From Clostridiales bacterium UBA4362 (lineage in GTDB: Bacteria > Bacillota > Clostridia > TANB77 > CAG-508): a stretch of DNA of 48,722 nucleotides. The notes under the pieces are model-generated. The model worked only from the letters and a program-made list of their open reading frames with translations, searched no databases and was not told the origin of the DNA. Of this stretch, positions 16,801 through 25,141 are shown piece by piece. The first letter of the stretch is position 1. The number at the start of each line of letters is the position of its first letter. Both the position numbers and the translations under genes were made by a program. The DNA lies in the NCBI GenBank assembly GCA_002393975.1, contig DGSM01000045.1, forward strand, positions 1 to 48,722, given 5' to 3'.

Positions 16801-19800
16801 ACCTCCACCAAATACTGTTCCATGAATAGTAAGTGCTGTAGCTGTCATATCAGCTGGAATATCATATGCACTATCATTTGCAGCTTTATAATCTTGAATA
16901 GCTTTTAATCCTATATTTACTACTGTAGAGCCCCAAATTTTACTTGTGTTAGCTCCACCATATGCATTTCCAAAGATTTCGCCTCCGGCAATATTTAAAA
17001 TATTCTTTGATCCACCATTTGCTTCAAGTCCTGTTTCTGCTTGGTTTCCTCCTGCAAAAACACTTCCTTTTAGTGGTGGCGTAGAAGAACTATTTCCAAC
17101 TTTCATGTTGTTATAAATATTTACTAAAGTATTTTCGGTAACTGTTGCAAGATTTCCTCCTCCATAGATACTTCCATCTATGGTTCCATCTTTTGCATTA
17201 ACTATAGTTGAGCCTTCAACTAAACCTTCATTTCCTCCTCCGAAAACGTTAGTTTTTATTGTTCCTCCATTGAATAATACTTGAGTAGTTCCTGTAACTT
17301 TGGCTTGATTTCCGCCTCCATATACACATCCACTATTTAAAGTATCGTCATAGTTTTGTCCAATGTTTGCTCCTGAAAGAATTTCAACATATGTCGTACC
17401 ATAAGTTGTAGCCGTTGCACCATTTCCTGCAGCAAAAGCATTTCCTTTAATTGTACAATTGGCAATACTTAAATGTGTTGAAGCATCATGTGTATCATTT
17501 CCAACTGTAGCTTGATTTCCGCCTCCATAAACATTAGTATCAACAATTGAATTATCTGATAAAGTAATATTGGTTGCATTTGTGGTTTCGGCTAATTCTC
17601 CTCCTCCAAATACATTTCCTGTTATGTGGGTACCTTTTATTTGAACATTTGTAGTTCCAGCGTATGCTTTTTCTTGTTCAGGTCCATAACTACTTAGACC
17701 TTTGCTACCACCATAAACATTTTCTATTGTTCCTCTATAAGTTGTAACATTTGTATTAGTAGATGTTCCTCCTTCGTTGTTACCCCCATATACGTTAGTA
17801 ACAGAAAGGTTTGCTCCTGTTGAATCGCTTGCTCCAACTGTTACATTTGTAGTTGCAACATTTCCTTTAGAATTTGATCCACCAAATGCATTAGTTATTG
17901 TTCCTTTTAATAGATTTACATATGTGTTTCCAGAATCACTCATACCTGTTTTAGTAACAATACTTGCTTTATTGCCACCACCATAGATATTTGTGATTGT
18001 TCCACCATTAGTTGTTATATTAGTTTTATTTGAATCAGCTTCGTTTCCACCACCAAATATATTAGTGATTGTTCCATTATTTACATTTATTTTAGTTTCT
18101 GAAGTTATACCACTTTGATTGTTAGCTCCATAAACATTATTAACAGTTCCACTATTAATTGTTACATTTGAAACATCTATAGTTTTTTGATCACTATCAT
18201 ATGATCCACCAAATAAGTTATTAATATTTGTACCATTTACAATTACATATGTTTGTCCACTTCCACTTATGTTATTTGCTGCAGTAACACCAGCTGCTTC
18301 TCCTCCTCCATAAACATTTGGAATCGTATCAGTATTTGTATTTATAGTAACATTAGCTTTATTAGTTATAGCATTAGTACCTTTACCAGCTCCAAATATA
18401 GCTCCATCATTATCATCATTATCTGAATCTGTAATTTTGGCACCATTTACAGTTACATTAGTAATTTGTGATGTACCACCAGCATTGTTTCCACCATATA
18501 CTTTAAATGCTTCTCCAGATGTTAATGTAACATATGTGTTAGGAACTGTTCCTGTTTGATTACATCCTCCAAATATTGAACCTGTTGATGTAGCTCCTTG
18601 TAATTTTACATTGGTTGAACCATTAACAATATTGGCACTATTACATCCACCGTAAACATTTCCCTCAATAGTTCCACTATTTAAATTAACATTGGTAGTT
18701 CCTTCAACATAAGCTAGTTGGCCACCACCATAAACCTCTGTAGATGATCCTAAGTTTGTTTCGATATTAACAGTAGTTATACCTTTTAGGTTAGCCATGT
18801 CAGCTCTATTTGCAATACCCATTCCTGCTCCAAATATGCTTCCATTAATAGTAGGAGAGCCAGAAACGTTTATTACACTATTGCCTTCCATTCTCGCAAG
18901 GTATTGTTTATTAACATTATATCCTCGACCACCGCCATAAATATTTCCATTAATAGTTCCACCAGTAATATTTATATTACTATTGCCATATAGAGCTCCA
19001 CCATCAGCTTGTGTTGTAGCTGTAGTTAAATATTCAGTATATCCATAACCGCCACCATAAACATCAGCATTAATAGTTCCATTTGAAATATTTATATTAA
19101 CTGCTGTAGGATAGCTTTGTCCATAATTTCTATATTGGTCTGATGAATTTGTGCTATATCCAGTTACGCCACCTGCTCCAGCTCCATAAATTGTTCCTTT
19201 ATCAGTACCATTTCCTGAAATTGTTGTTCCAGAAAGATTAATATTTATTTGTCCATAGTGATATATATCACATAATTTTGAAGCAGAATAGTTACCATTG
19301 TTTCCTATAGCACTCATGTTTCTTCCAAGGCTACCACCATATAGTTCTCTTAAGCTACCTCCACTTAAATTCATTGTAGTTGAGCCTATATAAACATTCA
19401 TTGGATAATTCCAATTATTAATATATTGATCTCTAGGATTAACTGTATCACCGATACTTCCACCCAATAATCTTCCGACAGAACCATTTACGAGATTAAT
19501 AGTCATATCTGCATACATATTTCCTGCTGTTGCGCCACCAACTACAAGGTTAATATCATAATCGTATGTTCCTTTTGTAGAAGTTCCTATATCAATGTTT
19601 ATAGTTGCTACATAGTGTTGACCAGTTGTTCCCGTGAAATCATGTGATGTTCCTTGGCATATTCCAGCTGATGTACCAGAACCTCCTCCGCCTAAAACTC
19701 TGGCGTATGCACCACTCTTTATTGTTACTGATCCATTGTTTCTTGGAAGAGTTGTTCTATTATATTGTAAATATCCTCCTAAAACGTGGAATGCAGGAGC

Positions 19801-22800
19801 ATTTCTCGTAATTAAACCTTGGTTTGTGTTTGATTGAGAATAATTATCCATATGTAATGCTTTTCCCATAATCAAGTCATGTCCTTGAGCATATAGGTAA
19901 GCTTGTGATCCATTACCATAAAAGGTTAAGTTTTGGAAAGTAGTGTCTCCATTTATAAAGTTATATGTACTACCATATCCATTTGTATAGTACATATATA
20001 ATCTTCCATTATATTCTGTACCTCTATACTTTCCAGTCAATGTAGCATTCTTTTGATAATTAGCATTTGTAGAATCTTTAGTATTATAGAATACATCTCT
20101 CGCATTATAATTGCCCATTATAACAATAATATTTTCATTTACTTGATAAGAGGAATTTATTATTCGGTATGCAGCTGGTAGTGACTGAACTGCTGTTTGT
20201 GGAGTACGACCATTGTTGTCATCATCTCCATAATAATAATTTCCATCAATGTAATATCTGTAATAATTAACATAAACTACATCTCTGTTTCCATATATAA
20301 TCGAGCCAGAAACATTCATGTAATCATATTCTCTATTAGTTGCTCTTATTTCATATTCATATCCACTTGTAAGATTTGTAAGAGAAGAGTTAGTTTCCCC
20401 TGGCATCTCTTCTGAACCTTCAGCAATATCTACATAGTACCATTGATAATCATAATCACTAGTATTAAAGTCAGGGTCTTGAGTACCAGTTCCTTGTATT
20501 GAAGTATTAATAGTACCGCCAGATACATTAAATACTACATGTAATTCATATTTAACTATTGTTTCTGTATCTATAGCAATACTTCCATCTTGGTTTTTAC
20601 ATATTACCATCAACGTTTTATCTTCAGTCCAACTATGAGCTATATTAGTAATAGTAGCATTTGTTGGTGCTACATTTTGTATTTCTCCATTTAAATACCA
20701 ATAATAATTGTACGCTAAAGCTTGTGAATATGGATCTGGCACCGCTAAATAAGAATCTGTTACTGTTCCTGCTTCAATATTTACAGCAAAGTTCACAAGA
20801 AGATTTAAACTAGATCCTGTATTTTCCCAAGCAGCATAATATGTTGAAGGAACTCCTCCAGGGTTAAATACATTGTCGCTTAATTGTTGATATATTTCGC
20901 TTGTATTATTTACTTTAATACCAGCATTAATTCCATTCCAATATTTTGAGTATGAATCATTTGTTGAAGGATTAACATTGGTATATGCTTCAAATCTATA
21001 ATTATTATTTGTTGGAACCGTAGCTCCTGTAATTGTTCCTATTGTTTGTGTAAATGTACGATTTGTATTTGTTGCATTATTATAATTATTTCTTCCTGTT
21101 CTAACTGTTACAGTATGGCTAGTAATTGAATAATTATAATAATAATTATTAAATGTTACATCTGTTCCATTTCTTAAATAACTTAAACTAAATATCTCTT
21201 CGAAATTATTTCTATAATTATTTGTTGGTGCAGCATTATTTGCATTATTAGCACTATAGGCTCCACCCATTATAGGTCCTGTAAAACCTTCATTTGTTTT
21301 TACATTTCCTGTGTAACTGCAATATTCTGGAGAAGTTCTCTCTCCAATTGTGGCACCTATTACACCACCTACAGCAAAGTTTTGAGAATATTGATGTCTG
21401 TAATTGGTTTGAGTATAATATCCATTCCAGCCACCAGAATAGTTTTCATCAAACTCAACTGTAACATTATCTGCAACAATGTCTACATCTGAATAAATAG
21501 CTTTTACTTGTGGCTTAGAATCATTTCCAGAATCATTATAAGTACGATGTCCTGTTTGAGTTGCTCCAATAGCTCCTCCTACCATAACTCTGGCTGTAGC
21601 ATTAGTTAATACTAATTCTCCTTGATCTCCACTGTCTTTGTCTCCTATTTTAATATTACTATTAACTATTGCACAGTTTTCAGCAGTAGCATTTCTGAAC
21701 AATCCTCCTACTAATGTACCAATATAATATCCTCTATTTCCATCAAGGTTTCCATTACTTGTAAGATTAATGGTAAATTGTTTAATTTCAACATTTTTTA
21801 TAACAGAAGCATTATTGGCATTACCAACACTTCCAAATAATCCTAAATATATGTAATTATTGTTTCCAGGAATAGTACCATTATTTATAATTCCATTTGT
21901 AATATTATGACCTTGTCCATCAAATATTCCTTGAAATGAATTTGTCCCATTTCCTATCGGGGTCCAATTTCTTCCATCTAAATCAATATTAGCTACTAAT
22001 CTAAAATATGATCCTGCATAAGTATTACCAGAATTTACTCTTTGAGCTAAATAAGCTAAATCTGCTCCACTAGAAATTAAATAAGGGTTATTCAATGATC
22101 CAAATGCTCCTGAAGTACCAGAAGGGTCTAGTGGAATAAAGTTTGTAGAAACTGAGCCATCCCATTTATAATTTGATCCATCAGTGCTGGCCGCTTTTAA
22201 AACATTTTCTCCTAATAGAGAAGCTGAAGCAACTGCTTCAATGTTGAATGTAGGATCATATAATAAAGCATATTTGCCTAAAGCAGTGTTATTATATGAA
22301 ATCCTATTACTTTGTTCTTCTTTTGCTATTTCAACAAATGAATAATCTTCATCTGTTTCTTTAACAGAGTAAAGAACATATGCTCCTGTATTATTTAAAT
22401 TTGTTAAAGAAATTGTTAACTCTTCACCTGCAGCAGCTGTATCAAACTCTTGTAAATTACTATCATTTACTGCTGTCATATCTAATTCATTAGTATCAGT
22501 ACTATATAGAATCATTGGTGAATAAGTATCATAAAAAGCATATTTATCATCTGGTTGATTATTTAATAATGATGTAGAAATATTATTCTTTTCATCATTA
22601 GTTAAAGTTTTCAAAACCAATTTAGAATTTAAAGGTGCGTAGGCTGTTACTTCAACAGTAGTAGCCTTTTTATCAAAAGCTGTATTTGCTTTAAAAGTTT
22701 GTTTATATAATGTATTGTCATTTCTTTGCTTAGTTTCATATGTAACTGTAGTAGAAATTTTTCCTGTCTTTCTTTCTGTCTTTGTCAATGTAATTGTGCT

Positions 22801-23376
22801 TCCAGGTAAGTATACTTCTGATTGTGTATTTGTTACTTCTGTAGTATGTGAAACAATGATATTTTCATAAGTTAATTGTGCTTCACTCTTTTCTGTTACT
22901 GGATTTGAAGATTCATTTTCATCTTGTTGATTGTTCTCTTCTTCTGTATTAGTTGTTTCAACTTGGTTACCTTCTTGAGTATCTTCATTTTCTTCAACTT
23001 CTTCATCTTTTTCGATTATTTCTCTAGCTGTAACATTAGCATCAATATCATTAATAGAAATATTTGCTGCTTCCATATCTTTTGAAATAGCTTCATCGTC
23101 AGTTTCATAAGAAGTATATTCCCTAGTTAAACTATATTGTTTTACATTGAAACCATTTATTGATTCAGGAAAAGTTAGAGAATAAGTTCCATCATCATTT
23201 TTGCTAGCTTCTATTTTTTCTTCTTTATTTCCTAAAGCACTTTGGCTATCAATTGCTGTAATCGTTATATCAATTGTTTTACCCGCTCTAGATAAGCCTA
23301 TGGTTATAACTTCTATAATCAATAGACTTAATAAGATTATTGAAATAATTAGTTTGCTTTTCTTAATACGTTTCAT
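13852..23376 (-). CDS. Giant (3174-aa) surface protein: N-terminal signal/anchor, GLUG-type region, long parallel beta-helix-like repeat region, C-terminal beta-sandwich-like region; no LPXTG-type anchor
   Basis: A single uninterrupted 9.5-kb ORF.
- N-terminus: MKRIKKSKLIISIILLSLLIIEVITIGLS.
- GLUG-like segment: NNPYLISSGADLAYLAQRVNSGNTYAGSYFRLVANIDLDGRNWTPIGNGTNSFQGIFDGQGHNITN...YLGLFGSVGN.
- About 30 copies of an ~20-aa repeat centred on [VIF][YF]GG[GSAN]N.
- The C-terminus ends ...GSAYEYFIVN with no sorting motif, TM helix or basic tail. Confidence 0.9.
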   Translation of the reverse strand: MKRIKKSKLIISIILLSLLIIEVITIGLSRAGKTIDITITAIDSQSALGNKEEKIEASKNDDGTYSLTFPESINGFNVKQYSLTREYTSYETDDEAISKDMEAANISINDIDANVTAREIIEKDEEVEENEDTQEGNQVETTNTEEENNQQDENESSNPVTEKSEAQLTYENIIVSHTTEVTNTQSEVYLPGSTITLTKTERKTGKISTTVTYETKQRNDNTLYKQTFKANTAFDKKATTVEVTAYAPLNSKLVLKTLTNDEKNNISTSLLNNQPDDKYAFYDTYSPMILYSTDTNELDMTAVNDSNLQEFDTAAAGEELTISLTNLNNTGAYVLYSVKETDEDYSFVEIAKEEQSNRISYNNTALGKYALLYDPTFNIEAVASASLLGENVLKAASTDGSNYKWDGSVSTNFIPLDPSGTSGAFGSLNNPYLISSGADLAYLAQRVNSGNTYAGSYFRLVANIDLDGRNWTPIGNGTNSFQGIFDGQGHNITNGIINNGTIPGNNNYIYLGLFGSVGNANNASVIKNVEIKQFTINLTSNGNLDGNRGYYIGTLVGGLFRNATAENCAIVNSNIKIGDKDSGDQGELVLTNATARVMVGGAIGATQTGHRTYNDSGNDSKPQVKAIYSDVDIVADNVTVEFDENYSGGWNGYYTQTNYRHQYSQNFAVGGVIGATIGERTSPEYCSYTGNVKTNEGFTGPIMGGAYSANNANNAAPTNNYRNNFEEIFSLSYLRNGTDVTFNNYYYNYSITSHTVTVRTGRNNYNNATNTNRTFTQTIGTITGATVPTNNNYRFEAYTNVNPSTNDSYSKYWNGINAGIKVNNTSEIYQQLSDNVFNPGGVPSTYYAAWENTGSSLNLLVNFAVNIEAGTVTDSYLAVPDPYSQALAYNYYWYLNGEIQNVAPTNATITNIAHSWTEDKTLMVICKNQDGSIAIDTETIVKYELHVVFNVSGGTINTSIQGTGTQDPDFNTSDYDYQWYYVDIAEGSEEMPGETNSSLTNLTSGYEYEIRATNREYDYMNVSGSIIYGNRDVVYVNYYRYYIDGNYYYGDDDNNGRTPQTAVQSLPAAYRIINSSYQVNENIIVIMGNYNARDVFYNTKDSTNANYQKNATLTGKYRGTEYNGRLYMYYTNGYGSTYNFINGDTTFQNLTFYGNGSQAYLYAQGHDLIMGKALHMDNYSQSNTNQGLITRNAPAFHVLGGYLQYNRTTLPRNNGSVTIKSGAYARVLGGGGSGTSAGICQGTSHDFTGTTGQHYVATINIDIGTSTKGTYDYDINLVVGGATAGNMYADMTINLVNGSVGRLLGGSIGDTVNPRDQYINNWNYPMNVYIGSTTMNLSGGSLRELYGGSLGRNMSAIGNNGNYSASKLCDIYHYGQININLSGTTISGNGTDKGTIYGAGAGGVTGYSTNSSDQYRNYGQSYPTAVNINISNGTINADVYGGGYGYTEYLTTATTQADGGALYGNSNINITGGTINGNIYGGGRGYNVNKQYLARMEGNSVINVSGSPTINGSIFGAGMGIANRADMANLKGITTVNIETNLGSSTEVYGGGQLAYVEGTTNVNLNSGTIEGNVYGGCNSANIVNGSTNVKLQGATSTGSIFGGCNQTGTVPNTYVTLTSGEAFKVYGGNNAGGTSQITNVTVNGAKITDSDNDDNDGAIFGAGKGTNAITNKANVTINTNTDTIPNVYGGGEAAGVTAANNISGSGQTYVIVNGTNINNLFGGSYDSDQKTIDVSNVTINSGTVNNVYGANNQSGITSETKINVNNGTITNIFGGGNEADSNKTNITTNGGTITNIYGGGNKASIVTKTGMSDSGNTYVNLLKGTITNAFGGSNSKGNVATTNVTVGASDSTGANLSVTNVYGGNNEGGTSTNTNVTTYRGTIENVYGGSKGLSSYGPEQEKAYAGTTNVQIKGTHITGNVFGGGELAETTNATNITLSDNSIVDTNVYGGGNQATVGNDTHDASTHLSIANCTIKGNAFAAGNGATATTYGTTYVEILSGANIGQNYDDTLNSGCVYGGGNQAKVTGTTQVLFNGGTIKTNVFGGGNEGLVEGSTIVNAKDGTIDGSIYGGGNLATVTENTLVNIYNNMKVGNSSSTPPLKGSVFAGGNQAETGLEANGGSKNILNIAGGEIFGNAYGGANTSKIWGSTVVNIGLKAIQDYKAANDSAYDIPADMTATALTIHGTVFGGGEANASGSDHYDWSYISATEGIDVNIDGQGYESLGIKFEKSVFGSGNASSSSGTSTIDIYNLGTYQEPNKCISIQRTDILTIKNSSLALHGVSDSTNDHANELYTLNYIGDLKLANSSTLYLENTSNCLSKWESLSISDTGVETPAAITIDDNGNGTPTVRNNLYLMEGLQLLVIPPADAGEGYGKVIGMTFLGIYATGATPYNSIGSYYKENASNGQTVNYQAYNFTSVLGKHMKRDNGDPEEFLIVDTGEHDLTKAGFYSNKFTIPGVTDDELEDMINNNEVTGSTSGVLRTYYVGAKPPQATYYIWSVGNVDMTTYYLNIEASKYDTLGTKELSLRGFAVANTYYEYSGCRFALADDVTIADKSTIPKIANPKTDADYHFGLAMKTGAYGWVNAGNVEFEGEADTGDDIDGSVTSFKTENAAAGSTDVTPDLEFYLYHSQNIQTDGDLGNVKIYLDVTEPMLNADGFNYRKICVDITLTRKVYDDEFVEQSIQPGKKYDIFTSTRTQIVSDGVFSTYDTIYIDKVSEKERANQYLNSKRVLVSTDLDGVPYYFKAGTKITMLDLVTNQTYYYIVTPEDESGANQTYKYYFTKFKKMGSMDEYYNEADSFNNYYYNSSSDELYERYIFHYDFAEAGITENVQNKLVTLQLEETLSGEDKTIIELIASQRSEVLYSLYTDSDAVIDVEGNVSVNPLYLGKTNEVLNVETMLTQQAAPDGRRIYDTNFFDEQMGVKISLIDALGTQQDSDAMLGVYFTVEGDNDASGHPNKYYPRIDGSTRIKIGTKVANSISKITMHTEENQSLVTGDYKIRIETYGSVDGYYYGDISSGVYDIPLTIISGIFGLKITSPDEQKIFKTNTGLNVSGDNKLDMTVEYSSLLDNPVLTLSLQRRNYDTIYAKSYEAVDLSEVISGGPTEKFNEETFDSDYTYKVAGKDVIGSEDTTVYHYTMKSKVPPGTYKMVYSIYDGTTYIGSAYEYFIVN
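16640..19810 (-). repeat. Coding tandem degenerate repeats (~60 nt / ~20 aa) inside the giant gene
   Basis: By eye I count 32 motifs of the type NVYGGGNQA, NIFGGGNEA, NIYGGGNKA, NAFGGSNSK, NVYGGNNEG and SVFGSGNAS, running from HVLGGYLQYN to SVFGSGNASSSS. On the plus strand this appears as recurring ccaccaccata/ccgcctccata strings. Boundaries are approximate. Confidence 0.6.
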
Positions 23377-23414
23377 TCTTTAACTCTTCCTTTAGTATTT
23401 TTATTAAAAAGGTT

Positions 23415-25124
23415 TTATTTTGAATCAACTACAACTTTAAGATCAATTTCATCTTCTATAGTATCAACATCTACGTTGTTCTTTGTGATGCAATAGAAGT
23501 TTTCTATTTTATCTAAAGTTTCAATTAATTTTGGTAATTTAGATTCATCTAAATCATCTTTTGCTAGATTAATTCCTAAAAGATTGTATTTATCTTTAAT
23601 TAAGAATGCTATATCTTTTTCTTCTAAAATACTAATATTATTTAGTATTGTGAAATATGGCCATCTAGCGAATTCTTGTAATGTGTCTATATAATCAACA
23701 ATTGCTTCATCGCTCATTGTCTTATCTTTATTAATAAGATGTGTAAATAAATATTCATAAAAAGATGCAGCAAGTTTAATTGCATCGCAATATGTTGATT
23801 GATCGTTTAATTTAGTTGCTATTGTTTGATAAACTTTTTCTTTTGCCATTTGTTTATATAAGTCTTTATTTTGTAATGCAAGTTCTGTTTGTTTTGGCAA
23901 TGCATTCTTAGAGAATATTCCAAAGTTCATCTTTATAATTCTATTATCATCTTTATCTATATTTTTTCTTAATTGTGTATAAGAATTTTTATATTTATCT
24001 TTTTCTTTATAGATTGCAATGATTTCATCAACTATTGGTTTGTATTTTAAATATAATCTATACTCTTCTAAACTATGTTTTAATTTCATTAAGCTATCAC
24101 AAGTTTTGTCTAGCTCTTCATCTTTTATTCTTGGCATTCCTGTATATTCAGAAACTAGTTTAGAAATATTATCTACAGTATAATCACTAGGTCTTATCTC
24201 TTTGTTTCTAAAGCTTTCAACTATTGATTTAGCATCATGTAATTTACTTTCTAGAGACATTGTTTTATATTGAGCATATTTGCCCCAAATTTCATCTTTA
24301 GGAAATTGTTTATATAATGCTTGTTTCTTTTCTTCTAAAGCTTTCTCAATCTTCTTTTCATTTTGATTATAAATATATTGAATATTTAGCTCTATATATG
24401 TGATTATTTCAGGACATTTCCAATATATTTCTTCAAACTTAGTTTTAATCTCTGAACTATTTAAATCGTCTTTATCTAGTCTATCGATAAATACTGTTAG
24501 ATATTCAGTTACATATTTATTATATTTAAAATCTGCTGCAGTGATTTGTAATCCAACACTTCTAAATTTAGTAATAGCATCTGCTATTGCATTATTTACT
24601 ATTCCTAAATCTTTTTTATAATAATATCTTAAAACTAATATATCTTTATCAAGACCTATTTTTTCAAAAGCTGTATTATATTCATTTAATAAATATAGTT
24701 TATCTTCTAGTTCTTCTAATTCTTCATTTGAGTTAGGAGAAGAATTATATTTTATAGAATACAATTCATTATATCTTTTCTTAGCTTCATCATATATTTT
24801 ATCTTTATAAACATAGTATTTAGCAGCAACATCTTCAATTCTTTGAGCATATTTGCTATTAGCTCTAATTCCATTTTTTGGAAGTGCTCCAAGAATTTCT
24901 TTATCTATTCCTACTTCTTCTTGAATTTTTTCAAATTCTCTTTCTAGTAAATCTTTTGCTGCTTCATTAGCTTCAGCTGTCGCTGTTTCATTCATTTTTA
25001 TTGCAGCTGTTAAATCTCCAGAAGTTAAATTGCCTTCTTGAGCTGCGGCTGCATATTCATTTCTTAAGAATATTAGAAAATTGTTGATCTCATTAAATGA
25101 ATTAATTAATCCGATATTTGTCAT
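23415..25124 (-). CDS. Orphan all-helical cytoplasmic protein (569 aa)
   Basis: Long ORF with an AGGAGA SD, 17 nt after the 740-aa gene and 38 nt before the giant gene. It has no TM or signal and is Lys/Glu/Tyr-rich and helical in character. I recognise no family. Confidence 0.8.
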   Translation of the reverse strand: MTNIGLINSFNEINNFLIFLRNEYAAAAQEGNLTSGDLTAAIKMNETATAEANEAAKDLLEREFEKIQEEVGIDKEILGALPKNGIRANSKYAQRIEDVAAKYYVYKDKIYDEAKKRYNELYSIKYNSSPNSNEELEELEDKLYLLNEYNTAFEKIGLDKDILVLRYYYKKDLGIVNNAIADAITKFRSVGLQITAADFKYNKYVTEYLTVFIDRLDKDDLNSSEIKTKFEEIYWKCPEIITYIELNIQYIYNQNEKKIEKALEEKKQALYKQFPKDEIWGKYAQYKTMSLESKLHDAKSIVESFRNKEIRPSDYTVDNISKLVSEYTGMPRIKDEELDKTCDSLMKLKHSLEEYRLYLKYKPIVDEIIAIYKEKDKYKNSYTQLRKNIDKDDNRIIKMNFGIFSKNALPKQTELALQNKDLYKQMAKEKVYQTIATKLNDQSTYCDAIKLAASFYEYLFTHLINKDKTMSDEAIVDYIDTLQEFARWPYFTILNNISILEEKDIAFLIKDKYNLLGINLAKDDLDESKLPKLIETLDKIENFYCITKNNVDVDTIEDEIDLKVVVDSK

Positions 25125-25141
25125 TTTGATATATCTCCTAT

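Noticed and set aside
16640-19810. Regular ~60-nt periodicity considered as a CRISPR-like or non-coding satellite array.
   Set aside because: The repeats are in frame within one uninterrupted ORF, are degenerate at the DNA level and have no unique spacers. They are protein-coding repeats.
17777-20415. Short plus-strand ORFs inside the giant gene (17777..17986, 19634..19837, 20197..20415). Other antisense ORFs lie inside polC, dnaK, dnaJ, hrcA, grpE, ychF, GH13 and the orphan genes.
   Set aside because: Each is fully embedded antisense in a long, motif-supported minus-strand CDS. They are typical chance ORFs.
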